Shown: positions 11,001 through 21,194, counted from the stretch's first letter. The stretch is DNA of 64,000 nucleotides from an uncultured Chloroflexia bacterium (GCA_963746845.1 CAVVCZ010000005.1:448001-512000); one strand, 5' to 3'. The notes: generated by a model from the sequence alone, not told the origin. Translations and numbers: made by a program.

Positions 11001-11215
11001 GCGGGCGGCGTCGCGCGGACCGCTGTCGCGGCGACCACCGTGGCCGTCGGCGCGACGAGGGCCCAGGCAAGCGTGGCGGCCACGGCGACCGACGCGACGC
11101 GGCGGAGACGCTGAACGTGGGCACGGGGGCGTGCGCGGGCGGCGATGGCGTCCGGGCGGCGCTGGGTCTGCACGAGGGTCGAGCCAGTCTCCATCAACGC
11201 GCGAGATGCTCTCAT
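8090..11215 (-). CDS. Secreted S8 subtilase with Ig-like repeats and a C-terminal beta-rich domain (start uncertain)
   Basis: Catalytic triad VGIVDEG / HGTHVAG / GTSMAAPHV, oxyanion AAAGN, signal-like N-terminus, three FSxxxTG-type Ig-like repeats. Confidence 0.92.
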   Translation of the reverse strand: MRASRALMETGSTLVQTQRRPDAIAARARPRAHVQRLRRVASVAVAATLAWALVAPTATVVAATAVRATPPAGRTPSLPRVTARPHPNLPRVPGVVLVGYRLGTSTSGQVMARRSVNATSAHRLSPLSGSSEKLTLPAGTSVDAAIAALEADPDVRFAEPDYLVSTDATSDDPFLLAPPPNNLWAMLAGPASPFGTGAVDSWAADVTGSPTVVVGIVDEGIQIDHPDLAANIWTNPWDPVNGIDDDGNGYVDDVHGWDFLHNDNTVDDGAANDGHGTHVAGTIGGVGGNGIGVVGVNWSVSMISAKFLEDTGDTANAIRALDYLTDLKVRHGLDIVATNNSWGGGAFSQALVDAINRGGDQNILFVAAAGNDHVNDDGANPFYPAANKCDKHYPNGAARGWDCIVSVAAIGKTGALADFSNYGATSVDLGAPGAGIVSTFPPSAYAIADGTSMAAPHVTGAIALAASCEYGRPANLLRSDVLTTATATAGLAGVTSTGRRLNIGALTAARCAPTAPPTALVTGPSGVGVGSTFDETVWFSHSITGLATDDFTVTGTSDGWGVTGVSGSGSGPYAVNLASGGPTDGTVILTLKPATVSDGTSTGPASAAVGPTVHIDRTPPGAAIAMPHSPTKAATLTANVIFSEPVTGLTAGDLTLGGTAAGCGIGTPAVLPDHVTWSVQISGCGEGTVGLTLGPGSVVDRSSNDGPSAPAASSFVTIDRTPAAATLTGPPSPTHATTPAWTVTFDEAISGFSAGDLTRSGTATGCKIATPIQTTATTWSVGASGCGTGTVLLNLKASSVLDLAGNVSPVGVVAAGSVFVDHGLPTTSVPTVRPRLHMAMSGSTIPVLASWSGADVGSGIVRYELQRKIDSGPWKKLSTSLTTPSMAMGLSSGVSIQLRVRAIDASGNAGTWVSGPTVTGGLVQQTSTAIHYAGSWTAATSSLYSGGSVLASSATSSSASYTFTGRGIGLISTLATTRGTVRVYLDGTYVTRVDMLTSPTMYQGIAWQTVWSSSHTHTIKLIVDGTAGRPRIDLDAIAVLH

Positions 11216-11330
11216 GACGCGAGACGTTCGCCGGACGCTTCGGTGCGCGGAGCCGATCGGAGGCTACCCGGTCCGGTCGAGCGAATCAATCCACCACATC
11301 CAGGGAGCCGCGGCACGGCAGAATCGCGTG

Positions 11331-12137
11331 ATGCAGTACGGCTTCCTGGTGACCACCGGCGACCCGCGGATCGCCGCGGAGCTCGCCGCCGACGCGGAGA
11401 ATCACGGCTGGGACGGCGCCTTCAGCTGGGACGGGATCGCGGTCGGCGATGTCGACACGTACGACCCGTGGATCCTCATGGCGGCGATGGCCATGCGGAC
11501 CGAGAGGGTCCGGCTCGGTGCGATCCTGACCCCACCGGCCCGCCGGCGCCCGTGGAAGCTGGCCCGCGAGACGATGACGCTCGATCGCCTGTCCGGCGGC
11601 CGGCTCGTCCTGCCGGTGGGTCTCGGCGCGCTCGACGACCTTGGGTTCGGGAACGTCGGCGAGGCGACCGGGGCCCGGGCACGTGCGGAACGGCTCGACG
11701 AATCACTCGAGATCCTGCAGGGGCTCTGGACGGGCGAGCCATTCGCATTCGAGGGCCGCCACTTCCGGTTCGACGCGATGACGTTCCACCCCACGCCGAT
11801 CCAGCGCCCGCGGATCCCGATCTGGGTCGCCGCGACGCTCGCCAGCGACCGGTCGGTCGCGCGTGCCCTCCGGTTCGACGGCATCCTCCCGCAGACGGCC
11901 GACCCGACCGCGATCCGCGAGCTCGCGACCCTCGTCGCCGCGTCACGGCAGGACACGGATCGCACCCCGTTCGACATCGTCGTCGAGGGCACGACGGACC
12001 CGCGTGAGGAGGCCGACGTCGCGCGGGTGACCGGCCTCGCCGATGCAGGCGCCACGTGGTGGATCGAGTCCAACTGGCAGGGCGCGACGGTCGACTCGCT
12101 GCGCGAGCGCATCGCCGGCGGCCCGCCGCGTCGGTAG
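11331..12137 (+). CDS. LLM-class flavin-dependent oxidoreductase
   Basis: DPWILMAAMA, TERVRLG, RRRPWKLARE, TLDRLSGGR, PRIPIWVA. Confidence 0.9.
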   Translation: MQYGFLVTTGDPRIAAELAADAENHGWDGAFSWDGIAVGDVDTYDPWILMAAMAMRTERVRLGAILTPPARRRPWKLARETMTLDRLSGGRLVLPVGLGALDDLGFGNVGEATGARARAERLDESLEILQGLWTGEPFAFEGRHFRFDAMTFHPTPIQRPRIPIWVAATLASDRSVARALRFDGILPQTADPTAIRELATLVAASRQDTDRTPFDIVVEGTTDPREEADVARVTGLADAGATWWIESNWQGATVDSLRERIAGGPPRR

Positions 12138-12168
12138 GCGGCCGCCCGGCCCGGACGGACCCGTTGGC

Positions 12169-14217
12169 TCAGACCGCCTCGGCGAGCGCCCCGGAGAACT
12201 GGCTCTGGTACAGGTCGGCGTAGGCGCCGCCGCGGGCCAGCAGCTGGTCGTGGGTCCCCTGCTCGACGATCCGGCCCCGCTCCATCACGAGGATCGTGTC
12301 GGCGTCGCGGATCGTCGACAGCCGGTGGGCGATGACGAACGTCGTCCGGCCCTTCATCAGCCGGGCCATCGCGCGCTGGATCAGGACCTCGGTCCGCGTG
12401 TCGACCGAGGACGTCGCCTCGTCGAGGATGAGGATCGGCGGGTCGGCCAGGAACGCCCGGGAGATCGTGAGGAGCTGCTTCTCGCCGGCCGACACGTTCG
12501 TCGCGTCGTCGTCGATCACGGTGTCGTAGCCGTCGGGCAGCGTCCGGACGAAGTGGTCCACGTGGGCCGCCTCGGCCGCCGCGCGGATCTCGTCCTCGGT
12601 CGCGTCGAGCCGGCCGTAGGCGATGTTCTCGCGGATCGTGCCGTGGAACAGCCACGTGTCCTGGAGGACCATCCCGAACGCGTGCCGGAGCGCGTCGCGA
12701 CGCAGGTCGCGCGTGTCGATCCCGTCGATCGTGATCTTGCCGCCGTCGAGCTCGTAGAAGCGCATCAGCAGGTTCACGAGGGTCGTCTTGCCCGCGCCGG
12801 TCGGACCGACGATCGCCACGGTCCGCCCCGCATTGACGTTGAGGTTCAGGTCGTCGATGAGCGGCTTGTCGGGCTCGTAGCGGAAGGAGACGTCCTCGAA
12901 CGTGACGGCGCCGACGGGCTCGCGGAAGGCCGGGGCGACGACCGGATCGGCCGACTCCTCCTTCTCGTCGAGCAGCTCGAACACCCGCTCGGCCGACGCC
13001 ACCGCCGACTGGAGGACGTTGACGACGCTCGCGAGCTGGATGATCGGGAACGTGAACTGACGCGAGTACTGGATGAACGCGACGACGTCGCCGAGGCTCA
13101 TCGCGCCGGAGGCCACCTGGAGGCCGCCGACGACCGCGATCGTGACGTAGTTCAGGTTCGAGATGAACGTCATCACCGGCTGGATCGTCCCGGAGATGAA
13201 CTGCGCCTTGCGGCTGGCCTCGTACAGCCGGTCGTTCTCCTCCTGGAAGCGTTCGATGGCCTCCGGCTGGCGGCCGAAGAGCTTCACGATCGAATGGCCG
13301 GTGTGCATCTCCTCCACGTGGCCGTTCAGGGCGCCGGTTGATGCCCACTGGGCGACGAACTGCTGCTGCGACCGCTTGACGATGAAGACCGTGGCGAACA
13401 GCGAGACCGGGACGACGAGCAGGGACACCACAGCGAGGAGCGGGCTGATCAGGAACATCAGGATCAGGACGCCGACGATCGTCAGGAGGGAGGTGACGAG
13501 CTGGGTCAGGCTCTGCTGGAGCGACTGGCCGATGTTGTCGATGTCGTTCGTGACCCGGCTCAGCAGGTCGCCGCGGGGATGACCGTCGAAGTAGCGCAGC
13601 GGCAGTCGGCCCAGCTTCTCGTCGACCTCCGTGCGGAGACGCAGGACGCTGCGCTGGGTGACGCCGGCCATGATCCAGGCCTGTGCCCAGCTGAAGATCG
13701 CGCTCGCGATATAGACCCCGGCGAGGGTGAGCAGGACCGCCCCGAGCTGTGCGAAGTCGATGCCGACGCCGGGCGTCAGGGTCATCCCCGACAGCATGTC
13801 GGCCTGCTGGGTCTGGCCCGCGGCTCGGAGCCCGGCTTCGATCTGGGCCTGGGTGGCCCCGGCGGGGAGCTGCTTGCTGATCGCCCCCTCGAAGATGATG
13901 TTGATCGCGTTGGACAGGATCTTCGGGCCGAGGACCGCAAAGAAGACGCTCACGACGGCGAACAGGAACACGAAGGCCACCCGGAGCGCCTCCGGCCGCA
14001 GGAACCCGAACAGCCGGATCAGCGAGCCTCGGAAGTCCTTCGACTTGGCCGGCGGCAGGCCCATGCCCATGCCGAACATGCCGGGGCCGCCGCCCGGACG
14101 GCGAGGGCCGCCCGGGCCACCGGGGCCGCCAGGACCGGCACCGGCGGGAGGCGCTGCCGGAGCCGCCGGGCGCGTGCCCGTGCCGTTGCCGCTCGGTCCG
14201 CCGGTCGGCCCGCTCAC
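12169..14217 (-). CDS. Heterodimeric ABC exporter subunit (TMD+NBD)
   Basis: GPTGAGKTT, degenerate signature VSAGEKQ, LDEATSSVD, IAHRLSTI. Confidence 0.95.
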   Translation of the reverse strand: MSGPTGGPSGNGTGTRPAAPAAPPAGAGPGGPGGPGGPRRPGGGPGMFGMGMGLPPAKSKDFRGSLIRLFGFLRPEALRVAFVFLFAVVSVFFAVLGPKILSNAINIIFEGAISKQLPAGATQAQIEAGLRAAGQTQQADMLSGMTLTPGVGIDFAQLGAVLLTLAGVYIASAIFSWAQAWIMAGVTQRSVLRLRTEVDEKLGRLPLRYFDGHPRGDLLSRVTNDIDNIGQSLQQSLTQLVTSLLTIVGVLILMFLISPLLAVVSLLVVPVSLFATVFIVKRSQQQFVAQWASTGALNGHVEEMHTGHSIVKLFGRQPEAIERFQEENDRLYEASRKAQFISGTIQPVMTFISNLNYVTIAVVGGLQVASGAMSLGDVVAFIQYSRQFTFPIIQLASVVNVLQSAVASAERVFELLDEKEESADPVVAPAFREPVGAVTFEDVSFRYEPDKPLIDDLNLNVNAGRTVAIVGPTGAGKTTLVNLLMRFYELDGGKITIDGIDTRDLRRDALRHAFGMVLQDTWLFHGTIRENIAYGRLDATEDEIRAAAEAAHVDHFVRTLPDGYDTVIDDDATNVSAGEKQLLTISRAFLADPPILILDEATSSVDTRTEVLIQRAMARLMKGRTTFVIAHRLSTIRDADTILVMERGRIVEQGTHDQLLARGGAYADLYQSQFSGALAEAV

Positions 14218-15956
14218 GCGACGGCCTCCGTCTCGGACAGCTGCGAGTACACGATCTCGCGATAGGTCTCGTTCGTCTCGAGCAGCTCGCGGTGGGTCCC
14301 GATCCCGACGATCGCGCCGTCGTCCATGACGATGATCTGGTCGGCATGGAGGATCGTTCCGACGCGCTGGGCGACGATGATCACGGTCGCGTGGCCGAGC
14401 TCCCGCTCGAGCGCGGCCCGGAGCCGCGCGTCGGTCGAGAAGTCCAGCGCACTGAAGCTGTCGTCGAAGATGAAGATCGGGGCGTCCTTGACGATCGCCC
14501 GGGCGATGGACAGGCGCTGTCGCTGCCCGCCCGAGACGTTCGAGCCGCCCTGCACGATCGGCGCGTCGAGCCCCCCGTCCATCTCGCCGACGAACTCCTT
14601 GCCCTGGGCGATCTCGAGGGCTCGCCAGATCTCGTCGTCGGTGGCGTCCGCCTTGCCGAACCGGAGGTTCGAGCCGACCGTCCCGGAGAACAGGAACGCC
14701 TTCTGGGGGATGACGCCCATCCGCGACCAGAGCTCGTCGCGGTCCATCGCCCGGACGTCGACGCCGTCGACGAGGACGGTGCCGGTCGTCGCGTCGTAGA
14801 ACCGCGGGATCAGGTTGATCAGGGTCGTCTTGCCGCTGCCGGTGCTGCCGACGATCGCCGTGGTCTGACCAGGCTCGGCCCGAAAGGTGATCGACCGCAG
14901 GACCGCCTGCTCCGCGCCCGGGTAGCGGAACTGGACGTCGCGGAACTCCACGACGCCGGCGTCCGGACCGTCGACGGCGGGGGTGACCGGGTGCTCCGGG
15001 TCGTGAATGGTCGGCTGGGTGTCGAGGACCTCCTGGATCCGGGCCGACGACACGGCCGCGCGCGGGATGAGGATGAACATGAAGACGGCCGTGAGGACGG
15101 CGAACAGGATCTGGAACAGGTACTGGAGGAACGCCGTCAGGTTGCCGATCGGCAGATCACCGGACTCGACCCGCATCGCCCCGAACCAGAGCACGGCGAC
15201 GGTCGACAGGTTGAAGATCGCGAAGATCAACGGCTGGGTGATCGCGAAGATCCGCGTCGCCTGGAGCTGAACGCCGTAGAGATCGCGGCTGGCGGTCTCG
15301 AACCGGGCCTCCTCGTGCTTCGTCCGGACGAACGCCCGGATGACGCGGACGCCGGACAGCGTCTCGCGCATCACCTGGTTGATCCGGTCGATCTTCGTCT
15401 GGGTGGCGCGGAACAGGGGAATGAGCCGGAGCATCGTCAGGGCGATGATGACGGCCATGACCGGCAGGATGATCAGGAGGAGCCCGGACAGGGGGACGTC
15501 GGTCCGGAGCGCCATGAAGACCCCGCCGACGATCAGGATCGGGGCGGAGACCATGATCGTCAGGGCCACGAACACGACCTGCTGGACCTGCTGGACGTCG
15601 TTCGTGTTGCGGGTGATCAGGGTGGCCGGTCCGAACGTGTTGACCTCGACCTGGCTGAAGGTCTCGACCTTCGCGAACACGGCCGCGCGGACGTCGCGCC
15701 CGAAGCCCATCGCGACCCGGGAGCTGTAGTAGACGGCCACGATCGCGGACAGCCCGATGACCGCCGTGACGAGGAGCATCAATCCGCCGATCCGGAGGAT
15801 GTAGTCCGTGTCGCCCTTCACGACGCCGTTGTTGATGATGTCGCCCTGGAGGTCCGGCAGGTACAGGTTGCCGATCGCACCGACGAGCAGCAGCCCGATG
15901 ACGATGACGAGCTGGGTCGTGTACGGGCGCAGGTAGGTCCGGAGGAGGGCGATCAC
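14214..15956 (-). CDS. Heterodimeric ABC exporter subunit (TMD+NBD, degenerate site)
   Basis: GSTGSGKTT, VSGGQRQR, FDDSFSALD, AQR switch; overlaps partner gene by 4 nt. Confidence 0.95.
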   Translation of the reverse strand: MIALLRTYLRPYTTQLVIVIGLLLVGAIGNLYLPDLQGDIINNGVVKGDTDYILRIGGLMLLVTAVIGLSAIVAVYYSSRVAMGFGRDVRAAVFAKVETFSQVEVNTFGPATLITRNTNDVQQVQQVVFVALTIMVSAPILIVGGVFMALRTDVPLSGLLLIILPVMAVIIALTMLRLIPLFRATQTKIDRINQVMRETLSGVRVIRAFVRTKHEEARFETASRDLYGVQLQATRIFAITQPLIFAIFNLSTVAVLWFGAMRVESGDLPIGNLTAFLQYLFQILFAVLTAVFMFILIPRAAVSSARIQEVLDTQPTIHDPEHPVTPAVDGPDAGVVEFRDVQFRYPGAEQAVLRSITFRAEPGQTTAIVGSTGSGKTTLINLIPRFYDATTGTVLVDGVDVRAMDRDELWSRMGVIPQKAFLFSGTVGSNLRFGKADATDDEIWRALEIAQGKEFVGEMDGGLDAPIVQGGSNVSGGQRQRLSIARAIVKDAPIFIFDDSFSALDFSTDARLRAALERELGHATVIIVAQRVGTILHADQIIVMDDGAIVGIGTHRELLETNETYREIVYSQLSETEAVA

Positions 15957-16495
15957 GTCGGGGTCTCCGTGCTCGGGGGCGGCTCGACCGCGGCTTCGGC
16001 GTGGACCGCCTCGCGCGCGGCGCCGACCGCACGGAGACCGGTCTGGAAGGCGCGGAGCTCCTCGTCGGTCAGGTGCTCGAGGAGCCGCGTCAGGTGCTCG
16101 CGACGCTGGGTCATCATGTCGCGGAAGACGGCCTTGCCGGCGTCGGTCGGCACGACGAGGACGACGCGCCGGTCTTCCTGGTCATGGCGGCGCTCGACGA
16201 GCCCGCGCTCCTCCATCCGGCTGACAATGCCGGTCGCGCTCGCGACCGAGACGTCGAGGCTGTCCGCGAGCCGGGACATCGGCAGGGGCCCGTCGACCTC
16301 GAGGATCGTCAGGACATGGACGTGGATCAGGCTCAGCGAGCCCTTGAGCCACGACTTGAAGACGTGCATCCGGTCACGCGGGCTCCACGACGTCATCTCG
16401 TCGACGAGCTCGACGATCACGACACCGCGCGATCCGAGCTCGCCGGTGGCGGGGGTGACCTTCAAGGTCTTCCTGGGCCTGATATTCAATGACAC
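15953..16495 (-). CDS. MarR family transcriptional regulator
   Basis: MSRLADSLDVSVASATGIVSRMEERGLV...DRRVV; first gene of the exporter operon. Confidence 0.92.
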   Translation of the reverse strand: MSLNIRPRKTLKVTPATGELGSRGVVIVELVDEMTSWSPRDRMHVFKSWLKGSLSLIHVHVLTILEVDGPLPMSRLADSLDVSVASATGIVSRMEERGLVERRHDQEDRRVVLVVPTDAGKAVFRDMMTQRREHLTRLLEHLTDEELRAFQTGLRAVGAAREAVHAEAAVEPPPSTETPT

Positions 16496-16533
16496 GTTGA
16501 CAATCTACGTCATGTGCAATGACGCTGTCAACG
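16495..16533 (-). promoter_or_regulatory. Promoter overlapped by nested palindromes (putative MarR operator)
   Basis: Minus strand TTGACA-18 nt-TAGATT, 6 nt before GTG; inverted repeats CGTTGACA...TGTCAACG and CGTCAT-N5-ATGACG. Confidence 0.7.
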
Positions 16534-16626
16534 AATCGCGGCGGCGGCGGCAACGTCGAGCATCCGGTCGTGGTTCGCCGACGACAGGACGGATGACGAT
16601 GCCGGTCCGCCTGGCCGCCGACCCGA

Positions 16627-17418
16627 TCAGCTCCGGCGGGAGCCCAGCAGCCTCGCATCGGGGTGGAAGATCCGGAGGCGTCGCTCGAGGAGGAAGGTCT
16701 CGCGGTCGATGATCCCGAGGAGGGACCGCAGGCGGCCCTCGCTCGTCGCGGCCTCGAGGAGGGCCTGGCGCCGCGGTGACTCGACCTGGATGATGCCGGC
16801 GAGGAGGTAGGACAGGATCGTCGGGTCGTCCGGGATCGTCACGCGCCGCTTGCGCGCGCCCTCCTCGGCGTCGTCGTCCACCTCGCCGGCCACGGTCTCC
16901 GATGCGGTCTCGATCGCGGTCCCGGTGGATGGCTCGTCCGGCTCGTCGTCCGTCTCGACCTCGACCCGGACGTCGATCTCCTCGGCGGTCTCGCCCTCGC
17001 GTGGCTGGAGAAGCTCGAGGTAGTGGACGAACCGGCGCGTAGCCGTCATCGCCAGCCGCTGGGCCGTCGTCTCGTCGCCGACCTCCTCGTCGAGCAGCTC
17101 GACGTCGGCGACCAGGTACGGTCGTCGCGCCCCGAGGACCTTCTGGATCTCGAACCGGCGCGTACCGACGATCAGCAGGTCGTACCGGCCGTCCTCGTAG
17201 CGGCCCGCGTCCCGGATCTCGGCCACCGTGCCGATCCCGGTGAACGAGATCGCCCCGGTCCCGACCTCACGGCCCTCCCGGATCAGGACGACCCCGAAGG
17301 GCGATGTCGTGTCGATGCAGTGCCGGACGAGCGCCCGGTAGCGGTCCTCGAAGATGTGGAGGGGCAGGGCGATGCCCGGACAGAGGACCGTATTCAGCGG
17401 AAACAGGGGCAGCTCCAC
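16627..17418 (-). CDS. LON peptidase N-terminal substrate-binding domain protein
   Basis: LPLFPL..VLCPG..LPLHIFEDRYRALV, FGVVLI, GTRRF; no ATPase or protease domain. Confidence 0.88.
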   Translation of the reverse strand: MELPLFPLNTVLCPGIALPLHIFEDRYRALVRHCIDTTSPFGVVLIREGREVGTGAISFTGIGTVAEIRDAGRYEDGRYDLLIVGTRRFEIQKVLGARRPYLVADVELLDEEVGDETTAQRLAMTATRRFVHYLELLQPREGETAEEIDVRVEVETDDEPDEPSTGTAIETASETVAGEVDDDAEEGARKRRVTIPDDPTILSYLLAGIIQVESPRRQALLEAATSEGRLRSLLGIIDRETFLLERRLRIFHPDARLLGSRRS

Positions 17419-17491
17419 CGGCGGTCACCCCCACGGGACGTCGGGTCGCGGCTCCGGGAGCGTCCGGCCCCGGGCGTCTGGCCGCAGTCTA

Positions 17492-17526
17492 GAGAATCGA
17501 ACAGCCGCCGGGGAGGCCGGCGGCTG
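17492..17526 (-). terminator. Intrinsic terminator downstream of the HesB/IscA gene
   Basis: CAGCCGCCGG-N5-CCGGCGGCTG 10-bp stem followed on the minus strand by TTCGATTCTC. Confidence 0.65.
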
Positions 17527-17571
17527 GCGGTGCGGCGGGTCGGGCCGGCGGGATCGCCGGCTCCGCGTCTG

Positions 17572-17961
17572 TCAGTGGGAGCAGCCCTTGGCCGAACCGG
17601 CGTCGTCGGCGGTCCGGAAGCTCGAGCCGCAGCCGCAGGCGGCGACCGCGTTCGGATTGTTCACCGTGAAGCCGGCGCCCATCAGCGTGTCGACGTAATC
17701 GATCTCGGAGCCCTTGAGGAGGCTGATCGAGCTGCCGTCGACGTAGACCTTCACGCCGTTCGCCTCGAGGACGTTGTCCTCGGCCGTGGGGGCGTCCTCG
17801 AGCATCATCCCGTAGCGGAAGCCCGAGCAGCCGCCGGAGTAGACGTAGACGCGCAGCCCGATCGCCGGGTTCGTCTCCTCGGCCGTCAGCTCGCGCAGCT
17901 TCGCGGCGGCGGCGTCGGTGAGGTTGACGACGGTCGGCTGGACTTCGAGCATCTGGATCAT
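17572..17961 (-). CDS. Fe-S cluster assembly A-type carrier (HesB/IscA/ErpA)
   Basis: GGCSGFRY and [14 protein letters not shown] motifs; RBS GGAGGG. Confidence 0.95.
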   Translation of the reverse strand: MIQMLEVQPTVVNLTDAAAAKLRELTAEETNPAIGLRVYVYSGGCSGFRYGMMLEDAPTAEDNVLEANGVKVYVDGSSISLLKGSEIDYVDTLMGAGFTVNNPNAVAACGCGSSFRTADDAGSAKGCSH

Positions 17962-18070
17962 CCCTCCGGGAGGCGGTGTCGCGATCGTCGCATGACGCAC
18001 TGGGCGCGTCGATGGGCCAATCGTACGCACGGCAACCAGTTTCGACAAGCGGTGCGTCTGAACCGGCCCG

Positions 18071-19300
18071 CTACGCCTCGACCCGCTCGATGACCGTCGC
18101 GATGCCCTGCCCCACGCCGATGCACATCGTCGCGAGGCCCCAGCGCCCGCCGGTCCGGCACAGCTCGTGGCTGAGCATCGTGATCAGCCGCGCCCCGCTC
18201 ATCCCGAGCGGGTGTCCGAGGGCGATCGCCCCGCCGTTCACGTTGACCGTGCCGGGATCGAGGCCGAGCTCGTCGATGCAGACGAGGGACTGCGAGGCGA
18301 AGGCCTCGTTCAGCTCGACGAGGTCCAGGTCTCCGACGCCGATCCCGGCCCGCTCGAGCGCCTTGCGCGTGGCGGGCACCGGGCCGTAGCCCATGATCGC
18401 GGGGTCGACGCCGGCCACCGCCGTGGACACGATCCTCGTCATCGGTCGAAGGCCCAGCTCGCGGGCCCGGTCCGCCTCGACGAGGAGTACCGCCGAAGCG
18501 CCGTCGTTGATCCCGGAGCTGTTGCCGGCGGTGACCGAACCGCCGTCGCGGAACGCCGGCCGGAGGCGGGCGAGGGCCTCCGCCGAGGTGTCGGCGCGGG
18601 GGTGCTCGTCGCGTGCGACGACGACCGGCTCGCCCTTCTTCGCGGGGATCGAGATCGGGACGATCTGATCGTCGAACCGGCCGCCGTCGATCGCCGCGAC
18701 GGCTTTCTGCTGCGAGGCGAGGGCGAACGCGTCCTGGCGCTCCCGATCGACGTTCCAGCGCTCGGCCACGTTCTCCGCGGTCTCGCCCATCGAGTACGGG
18801 TAGTGCTCCGCCGCGAGGGCCGGGTTGAGGAACCGCCAGCCGAGGGTCGTGTCCTCCAGCTCCCGCGGTCCGCGGTCCCAGGCGGCCTCCGGCTTGGCCA
18901 TGACGTACGGCGCCCGGGTCATCGACTCGACACCACCACCGATGAACACGTCCCCGTCGCCCACCGCGATCGCGTGGGCGGCGGAGTTGACGGCCTGCAG
19001 CCCCGAGCCGCAGAGCCGGTTCACCGTCAGCCCGCCGACCTCGACGGGGAGGCCGGCGAGAAGCAGCGCCATCCGCGCCACGTCCCGGTTGTCCTCGCCC
19101 GCCTGGTTGGCACAGCCGAGGATCACGTCCTCGACCAGGCCCGGGTCGATCCCGGACCGATCGACGACGGCGCGGATCGCGGCCGCCGCGAGGTCGTCGG
19201 GACGGACCGCAGCCAGGGCTCCGCCGTAGCGGCCGATCGGGGTCCGGACGGCCGCGACGACCCAGGCCTCGCGAAGAGGCCGGTGGAGATCTCGTGTCAC
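18071..19300 (-). CDS. paaJ: 3-oxoadipyl-CoA thiolase (PaaJ/PcaF type)
   Basis: [36 protein letters not shown]; next to paa genes. Confidence 0.85.
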   Translation of the reverse strand: MTRDLHRPLREAWVVAAVRTPIGRYGGALAAVRPDDLAAAAIRAVVDRSGIDPGLVEDVILGCANQAGEDNRDVARMALLLAGLPVEVGGLTVNRLCGSGLQAVNSAAHAIAVGDGDVFIGGGVESMTRAPYVMAKPEAAWDRGPRELEDTTLGWRFLNPALAAEHYPYSMGETAENVAERWNVDRERQDAFALASQQKAVAAIDGGRFDDQIVPISIPAKKGEPVVVARDEHPRADTSAEALARLRPAFRDGGSVTAGNSSGINDGASAVLLVEADRARELGLRPMTRIVSTAVAGVDPAIMGYGPVPATRKALERAGIGVGDLDLVELNEAFASQSLVCIDELGLDPGTVNVNGGAIALGHPLGMSGARLITMLSHELCRTGGRWGLATMCIGVGQGIATVIERVEA

Positions 19301-19363
19301 CGCCCGATTGTATGGGGCAGCGCGGTCAGCTCCGCGGAGCGATGCCGCCGCGCCGTCCGACCG

Positions 19364-20011
19364 TCAGGGCATGTCCTTGAGGATCGACGCCGCATGGTCG
19401 TCGTCCTTGGCCGAGACGAACAGCATCGCGTCGCCGTGGAAGTAGACGTAGGTGCTCCCGGACGACTCGTCGGTCACGTAGACGTCCTTGCCGCCGACCG
19501 ACTTCTGCGTTGCGGTCTGGCCGGACTTCTGGGCGGCCTGGATCATCGCGTTCTTCAGCGTGTTCTCGTCGACGCCCTGGACCCGCAGGATCCCGGCCGT
19601 GCAGTCCGCGTCGGCGGCGATCGCGATCGCGAACGTCACGTCGTTGACCGTCTTGCCGATGGCCTTGAGCGCATCGATCATGTCGCTCTGGCCGGACTGC
19701 GCGAACGCCGCGCCGGTCACGCTCGCCTTCGTCGACGTCTTGCCACACATCGTCCCGGGGAGGAGGGCCTCGAGGTCCTTGACCTCGCTCGGGAGCGAGA
19801 AGCCGGGGACGGGCTCGCTCGGGGCGGCGACGCTCGGCTCGGCCGCGCTCGGCTCGGCGACGCTCGGCGCGGCGACCGACGGCGCCGCCGCGGACGGCAC
19901 CACGGCGGCCTCGCTGTTCGAGGGCGACGGGCTGGCGCCACCGGAACAGGCACTCAGCACCACGGCCATTGCGACGGAGGCAAGCCCTCCGACGATGGTT
20001 CGGCGAACCAT
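19364..20011 (-). CDS. Hypothetical lipoprotein with Ala/Pro/Ser-rich linker
   Basis: Lipobox LSAC, RBS GGGGAGG, coding-like codon usage. Confidence 0.75.
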   Translation of the reverse strand: MVRRTIVGGLASVAMAVVLSACSGGASPSPSNSEAAVVPSAAAPSVAAPSVAEPSAAEPSVAAPSEPVPGFSLPSEVKDLEALLPGTMCGKTSTKASVTGAAFAQSGQSDMIDALKAIGKTVNDVTFAIAIAADADCTAGILRVQGVDENTLKNAMIQAAQKSGQTATQKSVGGKDVYVTDESSGSTYVYFHGDAMLFVSAKDDDHAASILKDMP

Positions 20012-20081
20012 GGAATATTCCTCCCCGAGGCGAGCCATCGGCGCGGGTCCAGCGAGCACTGGACGGGACGATGGACGGAGT

Positions 20082-21194
20082 CTAGCCATCTCCCGTCAAC
20101 GTGCCATCGGGCGCAGCCCCGACGGTCGTATCACGCTCGAACGGCCCCTGTGGATGGGCCGCTCCGAGCCGGAGCGCCCGGTCGATGTCGGCCTCGGAGG
20201 CCACGCCCTCGGCCACCGCGATGCCTGCCTCTGCGTCGATCGCGGCCAGGATCCGGGCCCGGATCGCCGCGGCGTCGGCCGCGGGTGCGGGCGCGTCCCG
20301 GAACCGGTCCGAGACCGCCGTCACCCGGCCGGCCTCGTAGCGATAGAACCCCTGACCGGTCTTGCGGCCGAGCTGCCGGGCCTCGACGAGCTCGGTCTGG
20401 ATCGGCGACGGACGGAGCCGGTCCGGCCGGCCTAGCCCTTCCCAGATCGCGGCGGCGGCGGCGGTCGTGACGTCGATCCCCGTCAGGTCCATCAGCTCGA
20501 AGGGGCCGAGGGGGAAGCCGCCGTCACGCATCGCGTCGTCGATCGCCTCGACGCCGGCCCGGCCCTCCTCGAGGATCCGGAGGGCCTCGATCGTGAACGG
20601 GCGGTTCACCCGGTTGACGATGAAGCCGGGGGTGTCCGCCGACCGGACCGCCGTTCGACCCCACGACTCGACGAGGCGCGTCAAATCGGCCACGACGGCC
20701 GGGTCGGTCGCGGGTGTCGGGACGACCTCGACCAGGCGCATGACCGGTGCCGGGTTGAAGAAGTGGAGCCCGAGGACGCGCTCCGGGCGCCGCGTGGCCG
20801 ACGCGATCGAAGCGATCGAGAGCGCGCTCGTGTTCGTCGCGAGGACCGTCCCGGGGTCGGCGACGCCGTCGAGGGTCCGGAAGATCGTCTGCTTCAGCTC
20901 GAGATCCTCGAGCGCCGCCTCGACGACGACGTCCGCTTCGTCGCCCAGCGCCTCGAGGACGTCGGTCTCGCGGAGCCGGGCGATCCGCTCGGCGACCCAG
21001 TCGTCGATCCCCGCCGGGTCCCCGACGAGCTTCGCCGCGCGGCGGGTCAGCCCGCCGGCGATCCGGTCCCGGCCCCGTCGCAGGGCCGGCTCGTCGACAT
21101 CGTGCAGGACGGTCTCGTGACCGGCTTCCAGGGCAAGTTGGGCGATCCCGGCGCCCATCACGCCTGCCCCCACGACGCCGATCACCTCGTTCAT
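20082..21194 (-). CDS. paaH: 3-hydroxyacyl-CoA dehydrogenase (PaaH type)
   Basis: GVVGAGVMGAGIA, ATNTSALS, GLHFFNPAP, PGFIVNR, GPFELMD; coupled to paaD. Confidence 0.85.
   Translation of the reverse strand: MNEVIGVVGAGVMGAGIAQLALEAGHETVLHDVDEPALRRGRDRIAGGLTRRAAKLVGDPAGIDDWVAERIARLRETDVLEALGDEADVVVEAALEDLELKQTIFRTLDGVADPGTVLATNTSALSIASIASATRRPERVLGLHFFNPAPVMRLVEVVPTPATDPAVVADLTRLVESWGRTAVRSADTPGFIVNRVNRPFTIEALRILEEGRAGVEAIDDAMRDGGFPLGPFELMDLTGIDVTTAAAAAIWEGLGRPDRLRPSPIQTELVEARQLGRKTGQGFYRYEAGRVTAVSDRFRDAPAPAADAAAIRARILAAIDAEAGIAVAEGVASEADIDRALRLGAAHPQGPFERDTTVGAAPDGTLTGDG

Noticed and set aside
19810-19880. 15-nt tandem repeats resembling a mini-array
   Set aside because: They encode the APSVA/EPSAA linker of a lipoprotein; there are no spacers, so this is not CRISPR.
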